Assembly (NCBI RefSeq): GCF_002105155.1
Contig: NW_019028993.1
Location: 124,001-188,000, forward strand
Origin: Lobosporangium transversale
Taxonomy: Eukaryota
DNA length: 64,000 nucleotides
Direction: 5' to 3'
In this document: piece by piece, positions 35,053 to 44,434 of the stretch
Layout of the letters: each line of letters opens with the position of its first letter
Position numbering within the stretch: position 1 is the first letter of the stretch
Notes under the pieces: generated by a model
The model's input: the letters and a program-made list of their open reading frames with translations, nothing else
Database searches by the model: none
What the model was told of the DNA's origin: nothing
Made by a program: the position numbers and the translations under genes

Positions 35053-38000
35053 CACTGGTCATCAAAAGTCATTCAATGATTTTGAATTTTTAACATTCTC
35101 ATTCCTTTTCTTCATTCTCATCTAGCATGTGGCTAGTATATTTGGGGTAGTGCATTTGTTCCCCACACCTCATGATTACTTTCATGTCTCATTCCTAATT
35201 ATGACTTCATTGTGAAATAAAACCAATTTCAATTTGACCTGCCTATTGAATGACTTCTGCTGAATTTCAATGTTGATTGCAAAAAAAACTTTTTCACTTC
35301 TCTTTTTTCTACCAAGATTACCTTCAGCTATATCTTCATACACCTCTACTTACAATTAACATTCCACATCGTTTAGTATTTATTATGAGGACGCTTTCTA
35401 TGGAAAAGGTACAAAATGCTCAGGCCTTACTTCGACAAGGGAAGTCTACAAGCGAAGTGGCAAGGCAACTTGGTATCTCTATTTCATCGGCAATAAGGAT
35501 CAGGAGGGACGTCAAGGACAATATTCCTAAACCCAGAATGGGCAGACCCTCATTGGTTTCCCCTGCTACCAAGAGGGTTATTGCACGCGAGGTTGATACG
35601 GGGAAACTTAGATCCATTCTGGCAGTTCAAGAATACATCAGATCGAGCCATGGAGTGCATGTCAGTGTAGAGACTGCCCGACGCTATGTAAAATCAGAGG
35701 GTTTGAAAAACTATGTCCGCCCATTCAAGCCTAGGCTGACAAAAATGCAGATTGCGAAAAGGAAGAATTTTGCCCTCAACCACCTTGACTGGACTGTTGA
35801 TGACTGGAAGCGAGTGATGTTCTCGGACGAAAAGCTTTTTGAAAGGCTAGGGTCCTTAGGAGGAAGAACACAATATAGGCGACCCGGCCACAGGACTTTA
35901 GAAGATCGAGATGTTAGAGAGAGATCAAGGGGAGCACATAACAAACTTATGTGGTGGGGCTGTATCACTTATCATGGTGTAGGCGATGGTTGCAGGATCC
36001 CTGCCACAGTTGATTCCTCTTTATACACTATCATGCAAAACTGATTCAATAATTCATTCCCATGTGCATTTCTTTTTTTCATTCCTCGAAACCGTATATG
36101 CATACAACACTCATACTTTGGTTTAATAAAGCTCCCGTCTTCTTCTACGTCGTAGTGATGCATTGTGACATTAGCTTGTCTCATTTGAATAGCTAATGAC
36201 TTTTTTGTTCATGCAGGTCATTGAATCAGTTTCACATGTGGTCTAAAATGTTGCCCATGACAACTGCTGGACGTCATTTAATGCAAGTAAAAGGACTTTT
36301 CTCTCTTTCCTTTATGAACACTTGCTTAACTCTCTCTTAACTATACCTTCACAGAATATGAGACCCACTCCACAAAGGAAAGTCAACGAAGCCAGGAGGT
36401 TAATGATGGGAGGTATGTCTACTAGAGAAACTGCTGCTAGTGTTGGTATATCAATAGCGACGGCCACCAGGATCTATGCACATAATAAGGAGTACATGCC
36501 AGTCAATAAAGGCGGTCGACCAAGGAAAGTACCTAGAGGTATCATGCAGTATCTTAAGGTGAACATGAAACGAGGTACACTCAAGTCTGCAGTTGAGGCC
36601 ACCGTCAGAGCCAACCAGCTCATACCAGCGGCTGTTTCTGAGACCACCGTTAGACGACGGCTCAAGGAGTTAGGATTGACAGCAAAGAGGCGTGTACATA
36701 AGCCAGCTTTACGTCGACGACATATTAAAGCTCGTTTGCATTTTATCAAAAAGTATAAGGAATGGACTCTGGAAGATTGGAAAAAGGTTATTTGGTCAGA
36801 TGAATCGAAAATAAACCGAATCTGCTCTGATGGCGTGCAGTGGATCTGGGACGACAATCCGGGACGCCTCACTCGCAGGTCGGTGCAAGGCACTGTCAAG
36901 TTTGGGGGTGGTAATGTTAAAGTGTGGTCATGCTTCTCATGGTACTGACCTGGATACATTGCAAAGATTGACAATAATATGGACGCACAACTTTACATCA
37001 AACTACTCCAGGAGGATCTACAGATGTCGCTTGATGACTAGGGCCTAACTAAAAGCGATATCGTCTTTCAGCACGACAATGACTCGAAGCACACGGCGAA
37101 GATTGTTAGGAAGTATTTGGAGTCAGTACATCTGACAGAAGAGGAAGGTACACTTCTAGAGTGGCCAGCACAATCCCCTGACCTCAACCCTATTGAACAC
37201 ATGTGGGCAGAATTGGATAGGCGGCTCTCTAGGTATCCCGAGCGAGCTAAGAGCTGTGATAAACTATGGGAGCGAATATCGGTTGAATGGTACAGGATCC
37301 CAGTGGACTTCTGCCGCAAACTCATCATAGGTATCCATAAGAGACTCCAAGCTGTCAGTGATGCCCATGGTTGGAATACTACTTATTGATGTAAGGTTAT
37401 GGCTCACAAAAGAATAAAGATCTTTGGCCACCGAATGGGCACATGTGAAACTGATTCAATGACCTGAATGAACAAAAAAGTCATTAGCTATTCAAATGAG
37501 ACAAGCTAATGTCACAACGCATCACTATGACGTAGAAGAAGACGGGAGCTTTATTAAACCAAAGTATGAGTGTTGTATGCATATACGGTTTCGAGGAATG
37601 AAAAAAAGAAATGCACATGGGAATGAATTATTGAATCAGTTTTGCATGATAGTGTATGTTGATGTTCTACAAGATTATGTCCTCGGCTCATGGAAGTGGT
37701 ATGGCCAGGACCCTGAAAAGTTAATTTTTCAGCAGGACAATGCAAGTGTTCATACGAGTAGGATGGTTAAAGAGTTCTTAATTAAGTCACACATTACCAC
37801 TTTGGAGTGGCCTCCAAATTCTCCTGACCTCAACCCTATCGAGAATGTATGGGCCTACATGGATCATCGGCTCAAGGGATATGAGAAGGTACCAAAGGAT
37901 CTGGATGAACTATGGGAAAGACTACAGGATATCTGGACATCTATTCCACCTGACTTCCTTGATGAGCTATATGAAAGTATGCCACGAAGGGTAGAGGAGC

Positions 38001-38287
38001 TACATCGCATGAAAGGAGGTCGTACACATTACTGAAGAACAGAAAAAAAAAACAAATAAAGCAAAGCTGCTGATTTTCTTCAAATGTCATTCAATGAGAT
38101 GCCAATAATTGGCATTCATCTAAATTTTCAATTAGCAACAGGAGCTCATTGACATTGTAGTAGGAGTGACGTTGTCGATGGTCAAACTCGCTACGTAAGT
38201 TTCATTAGCGACAAGCAAGATCAAATTGGAGAAAGGAATGAGAATGTCGAAATTCCTAATTCATTGAATGACTTTTGATGACCACTG
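35053..38287 (+). mobile_element. Tc1 family B, full length, interrupted by a Tc1-A copy
   Basis: TIR CACTGGTCATCAAAAGTCATTCAATGA / TCATTGAATGACTTTTGATGACCACTG (1 mismatch), TA flanks; transposase 35385-36025 + 37657-38035 rejoins in frame (VDSSLY-VDVLQDY) with VMFSDE, FQQDNASVH, SPDLNPIE. Confidence 0.92.
36026..37654 (+). mobile_element. Tc1 family A, full length, transposase inactivated by nonsense codons
   Basis: Same TIRs as 30991 copy, TA flanks; TGA at 36946-36948 and TAG at 37039-37041. Confidence 0.94.
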
Positions 38288-38884
38288 TATCAGTACCATT
38301 GCGTGTTGAATGGAAAATGACGCAAATCGTTTCTCTTGCTTCTTCTTCTTCTCCAAGCGCTTCAGAAAGTGTTGATGTAGGTAAAAGCCTCTTCTTGCTT
38401 GGGACATTATCGAGAACGATTGGAGTATCATCAGCATCTTGGAAGATTGGTATCGAGACTTGCCAGAGGGCAAGCGTGTTAGCAGCAACATTGTCAAATT
38501 CAGGTGCTTTCTTTTTCTTGAGCTCATCCCTGAGCGCATCCACTTTGAGGTTTGAAGAGAGCTCGATAGGGAAGGCGTCGTAAAGGCTTTCGCCTTCCTT
38601 GACACAATACAGTGTTAGCTGAGTAGCCATAATGGAATGAAAAGGTGAGAATGAGGAAGATAAAGAGTTGAATTCTGCATGTTTGGCCTACTGCATTACA
38701 AATTGTTGGGTGTCGCTCGCAATGGATTACAAATCGATGTGGTTTTTGTGACCCGAGCTTTGGCGTCAAAAAAAAAAAAAAAAAATGTGGCTTTTGAAAA
38801 ACGTTCTAGAATTTCTAGGTTGATGGACATGGCTCCCTTCTCTTTGTTGATTAAAACTCTTGCTTCGTTACATCTTTACACATT

Positions 38885-40301
38885 ATGACTACTCCACTAA
38901 CACTGTTTTGCGTCAAGGAAGGCGAAAGCCTTTACAACGCCTTTTCCATTGAGCTCCCTTCAAACCTCACAGTGAATGCTCTCAGGGATGAGCTCAAGAA
39001 AAAGAAAGCACCTGAATTTGACAATGTTGCTGCTAACACGCTTGCCCTCTGGCAAGTCTCGATACCAATCTTCCAAGATGCTGATGATACTCCAATCGTT
39101 CTCGATAATGTCCCAAGCAAAAAGAGGCTTTTACCTACATCAACACTTTCTGAAGCGTTTGGAAAAGAAGCATCAGGAGAAACGATTCGTGTTCTCGTCC
39201 AGCCGCCGAAGAAAGGTTAGTATTGAGTATTGATAGTCATGGTGGAAATCATTTAAACATTGGCCGGTTACTCATCATAATTTTATTAATTTAGTATGCT
39301 CAAGTATCGGGAGATTCAATATTGTTCTTGAGTCATTTAACAACAAGAAGTTTGTCTCAACTATAGACACGGACAAAGCAACCATGGAAAGGTTAAAGGA
39401 GAAAATTAGAGGCAACTTTCCTGATCTTCTCTTTGGTTCAGAAATTATTACCATCAAATACAAGGATTGTGACGGCCAACTTCTCGAAGTAGAAAACCCA
39501 ACAGATCAATTGCTTCAGCAGGCCTTAAAGGTCATTTATAATTCAGCACAGGATATTCTAGTTGAGATCAGCTACCCTGATAAACCGTTTTCTGACTACA
39601 CACTGAAGGATGTTAACAGCTTCTTTGGATTTACCGACGCGTCAGACCCAAGTTTGACTGAAATACAACCACTTGAAGGGATCCCCATCAATACTGGAGG
39701 CACGGCTGAGCACGACCACGCGATTAAACGACTACAAGACGAAATCGAATCAAGGAAGAAGTGCTCATTGCTTGATAGTGATGAAGGAATGTTGAAGATT
39801 GTTGAACCTATGCTTGTCCATGCTGTCACATTATTCGCGGATGATTTAAAGCTCAGTTCGGGAGAGGAAATTAGAGGAAGACTTGGCCGAGGAAAGGTGT
39901 GGTACGGTATTAAATCCAAGAATGATGAAGCTTTTTGTTCTTTGTGCGTGACGAAAGTACAAAATAAGGATTTCAAGGCGGCTGTCGCAGAAAATATGAT
40001 GCAACTCGAATCGCAAACCACAGGCCGAAAATGTAAGCGCAGTAAAGATTCAGACCAAGGACAAGACATTACAACGTATGGAATCGTAACAGATGGGAGT
40101 GAGTGGCATTTTGTAGAATGTTTACAAAAATCGTCATCAGCGTCATCATCTTTTCATCTATCGCCTCTTAATCATACCGTTATGAAGAATATTAAGTGGG
40201 AAGAGTCATGGTTGGACATCAAAAACATCTTTGATCACCTTTTAGGACTTGTAAGCAAGGCGAGGAACGAAAGCAGGCTGTATAAGAGAAGAAGAATATA
40301 A
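38885..40301 (+). CDS. CRN-like protein (~445 aa): ubiquitin-like header + restriction-endonuclease-fold C-terminal domain
   Basis: Exon 1 38885-39215 (LTLFCVKEGE...LWQVSIP...TIRVLVQPP), intron 39216-39294, exon 2 in frame; KPFSDYTLKDV, NMMQLES, YGIVTDGSEWHFVEC. Confidence 0.85.
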
Positions 40302-40473
40302 TCAGTAATACCAAGTAACAAACACATAAATTATCAATAGCAAAATATATCCACATAAATATAATAAACATGTGAATGGAAGGAGCTATAGACACCAATT
40401 AACTATACTCGATAGAAGTGAACTTCTGCACCCAAAAATATATATTTATTTAATTATACTATATACAAAGGTA

Positions 40474-42816
40474 TTATTCTGCAAAGGTATCTTCCCAAAA
40501 AATCGGACAATCTCCGACTTCATTCCCAGCAGGGTCTGTCAAGAGATCAATTTCGTCGGTGTCTACGTCTGTCAAATCAACTTCAAGAGAAAACGGATCC
40601 AGTGAGTTTTCGGTATTGTGATCAAGGCTCATGTTTTTCTGCTTTATGGCCTCTAAACGTTTCCCCTCGGAAAGTACTGCAACGCCATCATTGAAACGGT
40701 CTATGCAGCGCTTCGTTTTGGCTTCAACTGTGGGCTTTGATTCCTTGGAGAATAGTTTAATATCCTCTAGTGTCTCCAAAACGCTCGTCACATCATCAAT
40801 GAATTTGACGGACTTGTGGTATGTTCGGTTTCGGGCGACTTTGTACTCTGTTTCCATTAGAATTGAGGTTCGTTTGAATGCTTCAATGTTGGTTGATATG
40901 GAGTTAGCAATGAAGTCCATTGACGCGTTGTGTCCTTTGGCGGCATGAATAACTTTTATTAGCAGATTGTTGTGTTCTTGGTACAAGTCGGCGGGGATAA
41001 AGCCCATTGGGCGTCCGCTTGTGTTTACTAGCCACGTCGACATAATGGCATTCTTGGTTTCTTTAGGCCATGCATACTGGAGACCACATTGGAGATGGAT
41101 AAGCTCATGTGCGTAGTTTTTGGTACAGCCTGCTTGAAACATTATAGTCAGCCACTTTATGACCTCTTCGATTCGACCAATGTCGCCAGACCTGATAGCA
41201 TGGGATAATTCGACATAAAGCATCATGTCTCGGAAGAGCAGCGATCCATTAAATGACACCTTATTATTATCGTTAAGGAAGGAGTTAGTTCCACATACAA
41301 ATTTTTCAAAAATCTCGTTTGCCTTCCTGCTAGCATATTCCGCTGATGACTCTCCACGGCTGCTCTTCATCACCACTCTCCATGCTCTCCATGCTACAGC
41401 TTCGAACACTTGGTGAATCAGTTCGTTGACAGCATGGAAATCCAGCTTTTCCAAGCTTATCCTCTTTCGACGTAACTTTTCCGCGAAATGTGCAAGTGAT
41501 CCAGGTGTTGTGATTGACCCATAATATGTACGTAGAATGGTAGCAGCAAATACCATTTGTAAGTGGAACAATTGAATCAAGGGGATCACCCACTCTAGCC
41601 GGCTATAATGTGTATAATGGTCCCGACGATACTTTAACAGAGATCGAATGTTTTTGATTGTGAGTTGATCTCCTGCGACCACTATATGTCTTTCGCTGTT
41701 GAACCATTCTCTTGGAAGTTGGAGGGTGTTGTTGATGATTGTGTTAATAACATCCTTGTTGCCCTCCGTAGTTGACTCATTGATATCCATCGAAGGCAAG
41801 GGAAACGTCTCGGATTTTTTGGCCGGAAGTAAGTTCTTGACTGGAGCATCGTTTTGGAGACTCTTGAATGCCTCGTAATGCCTCTTAAGCACGTTGATGA
41901 GATGATAAGTAGCTACCTCCTGGAAATGGGCATCATTATCTCGATTGATAATCAAGTCCTTAAAGCAGAGCCGTTCATATGAGCCTTGGTTGAACGCGCC
42001 ATTAGTAGGATCACACTGGATAAGGGTGGCTGTGGTGCCGCTTACAAAATTGTCCCTGTTGTCTAACCTCTGGTCATGCTTAACTCGGCGAAAGTTCAAA
42101 TTATCATACACAATGTACCAGCTTTTGTTTGCGGCTACAGCTCGGACATCGGCCAATGCGTTTACAGTTAGTTGTCGCAATATCCTCATGACAGTAGAGT
42201 ATGACACTGAAAGTTCGGCGTGAGATAAAGCTTCCATCGTCTTACGACTGGTTCCGTTGCTGAAGAGGTATGTCCCCATAACCTTTTGATACAGATTGCA
42301 GCGGGAATTGGTGTATCTCGTCATAATGCTGCCAATCGTTGAAATAGCCAAAGCTTTTCCATCCAGTACTGAGTGTAGGAGCCTTGACAGCATTGGTGAC
42401 CGTTGAACCATCAACTCAGAATATAGATTCAGGGAAAAGTTGTCAAATATATTCAAGTGGGTGTGTGTTGGGCTAGTCTGCAACTCTTTCGATTTGCTCA
42501 GAGTGTCGAGTTCGCCGACTATTTCCCGATGAAAATATTCCTCTGTTCGCAGCAACAATCCTCTTTTATTCTTGCACTTTTGGAAGATTAACGACACAAT
42601 GGTAGGGATTTTCCTGGATAAAAGGAGTAGTCCTGTTCGTCTCTTTATCTCAGTGTTCTCACTCGTTAGAAGCACTAGCAAGAAATCTACAAGCGATATA
42701 TAGCCTTGTTGGCCTTGTCTGAATACTGTATTTAGTAGCCCAAGAACAATGCCTTCAGAGTCAGCATAGATAGGCTGGTAAGCTTGGAAGTGAGCCATTT
42801 GGTTTTGATGGGACAT
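40474..42816 (-). CDS. DUF6589-type protein, probable Academ/AcademH-lineage transposase, intact 780 aa
   Basis: Intronless; motifs IVYDNLNF, DINESTTEGN, VAGDQLT, QLFHLQM, AIRSGDIGR, KNYAHE, ADLYQEHNN. Confidence 0.7.
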   Translation of the reverse strand: MSHQNQMAHFQAYQPIYADSEGIVLGLLNTVFRQGQQGYISLVDFLLVLLTSENTEIKRRTGLLLLSRKIPTIVSLIFQKCKNKRGLLLRTEEYFHREIVGELDTLSKSKELQTSPTHTHLNIFDNFSLNLYSELMVQRSPMLSRLLHSVLDGKALAISTIGSIMTRYTNSRCNLYQKVMGTYLFSNGTSRKTMEALSHAELSVSYSTVMRILRQLTVNALADVRAVAANKSWYIVYDNLNFRRVKHDQRLDNRDNFVSGTTATLIQCDPTNGAFNQGSYERLCFKDLIINRDNDAHFQEVATYHLINVLKRHYEAFKSLQNDAPVKNLLPAKKSETFPLPSMDINESTTEGNKDVINTIINNTLQLPREWFNSERHIVVAGDQLTIKNIRSLLKYRRDHYTHYSRLEWVIPLIQLFHLQMVFAATILRTYYGSITTPGSLAHFAEKLRRKRISLEKLDFHAVNELIHQVFEAVAWRAWRVVMKSSRGESSAEYASRKANEIFEKFVCGTNSFLNDNNKVSFNGSLLFRDMMLYVELSHAIRSGDIGRIEEVIKWLTIMFQAGCTKNYAHELIHLQCGLQYAWPKETKNAIMSTWLVNTSGRPMGFIPADLYQEHNNLLIKVIHAAKGHNASMDFIANSISTNIEAFKRTSILMETEYKVARNRTYHKSVKFIDDVTSVLETLEDIKLFSKESKPTVEAKTKRCIDRFNDGVAVLSEGKRLEAIKQKNMSLDHNTENSLDPFSLEVDLTDVDTDEIDLLTDPAGNEVGDCPIFWEDTFAE

Positions 42817-43734
42817 TGAAAAAGATGTTCAGATAGAGATCGTGGGAAGTGTTTGAATGCTTTTATTGTGGATAAAATGTTTGATGGTGAAAGCGAGAAT
42901 AGAGTGTGTATTATTGCTGAGGAGTTTGATGAGGTGAGATGTGGATCCACACACCATTCCCATGAGGCATTTATTCCTTTTTTTGTTCATCAAATATCCG
43001 TAAGTCTACCTTGGGAACAACATAGGCCCATTCTGCTCATGTTGTAGGTATATGTATATAACTAGATTGGAACCTTTGGGTGCACCCCAAGCTCCAGGAC
43101 GTAACAGTTACATAGCGTGTCATTGACACTAGGTCCTGCTTTCGCTATTCGTAACTTCCTTGGTTATACTTGCGAGTGCTTTAGAGACTAGGGCATTATT
43201 GCTTTTCGGTGTTTTTTATCTAGTTTTTTATTAGCAGCTTTCCTAGGCTAGTCGTATACCTTTGCCATGAGGCTACGCGTACTGTGAAATATGCACAATT
43301 GTTTCATGATAGGATCTAATATTGAGCCGCTATTAAATATTGCGGTATTATGAAGTACCTCAGGGCGCCTCAAGCAACCTCAGGACGCAACAATTGAAAG
43401 CATTTTTGGAGGATACTTTTATTTTTACTTTGCCATCAGGCCATCTAAAATGGCTATGCTTCTGACCGGCTGCTATCACATCTACTAATTACAGATCAAA
43501 GCTATGTAGACTGAGTATACATTATATAATAAATACCACTGACTGCCATGTTTGACTACCAACTTTCATTAGAAAAAAGTTAATTCGAAAGGACTCTCAT
43601 GTCAATAGATAAAAAAAAAAAAAATACACGTACGTGAGGTCTGCCGACTGAATTAAATCACATATTCTAAAAATTATTACACTTCCTTTTTGAGCGCTCA
43701 CTCAAAAAATTTCGAAATGAGACCAGCCTGTCTA

Positions 43735-43990
43735 CAGTGGAATCTCGATAATTGTACACTTTTGTACAAATTTCAAATTTGATATATTTCTAGGCCATTG
43801 GTTGGCTAAGAGCCTTACTCTTTTAAAAAAAAGTATTCTAAAAAACCCACACTCAACTGGAGTAGAGGAATCAGCAGAGGATTTTTAGAATAGTTTTTCA
43901 TGAATTGTGGGCTTCTTAGCCAATCAATAACCGAGAAATATAGCAAATTCGAAAATTGTACAAAAGTGTACAATTATCGAGATTCCACTG
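43735..43990. mobile_element. 256-bp MITE, pogo/Tc1-mariner type
   Basis: TIR CAGTGGAATCTCGATAATTGTACACTTTTGTACAA / reverse complement; TA at 43733-34 and 43991-92. Confidence 0.92.
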
Positions 43991-44434
43991 TACAAAGTAA
44001 AGAGCCCGCTTTCCATTTATGGAACGATGATACGTGGCTTGCCGCTTTGCAGACAGGATGGCACCGAGCCTACAGGAAAGGGTCGCTGGTACGGATAATG
44101 AGCGTAAGACTTCCTTTGTCGTCTTCGCTATCTAAAAAAATTGAATGCGACTCAGAGGTTCGCGCTGTTTGGGCAATAGGTTTGTACTGTATGAGCGACA
44201 AGTTTGTGCTCGTTTTCTTCCAGCACGTGCTGGAAATTGGAACATCACGCCCTTTCTCTTCAGGCTCAGATCTCTGCAGTACATACACAGTCAAATCAAT
44301 GACACCTTATTTCTCTCTTTATCTTTGGCTTGAAGTCAATAAACTCTCACTCTAGATCGTCCAACAGTTTTCTTATGCAACAAATGAATTTTTTGGGTTC
44401 TTGAATTAAGATTTGCCTTGATTATTTTTAGGAT

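Larger units (their letters stand above)
34883..38630 (-). pseudogene. CRN-like gene, minus strand: Tc1-B in intron 1, exon 2 truncated at the DIRS junction
   Basis: Exon 1 38630-38297 (MATQLTLYCVKEGE...); donor GT 38296; branch CTAAC and acceptor CAG at 34976; exon 2 VVSGPIQFTICFQTQPTKSFVWTTNVFSATL in the same phase as, and similar to, exon 2 of the plus-strand CRN. Confidence 0.75.
32987..44133 (+). mobile_element. DIRS-type (tyrosine-recombinase) retrotransposon: left part 32987-~34883, right end ~43993-44133, interior replaced
   Basis: gag + overlapping RT with PVGGRL and YLDD; 44072-44089 is the reverse complement of 33001-33018; removing 32987-44133 restores the Harbinger TIR with no duplication. 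Confidence 0.75.
28064..44152. mobile_element. PIF/Harbinger transposon expanded to ~16 kb by nested insertions
   Basis: Left TIR 28064-28242; right TIR split into 32827-32986 and 44134-44152; termini AGTCGCATTCAA / TTGAATGCGACT; 3-bp TSD (CAG/CAG, or ACA/AGA if ends are 1 bp further out); convergent Myb-like and DDE genes. Confidence 0.85.
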
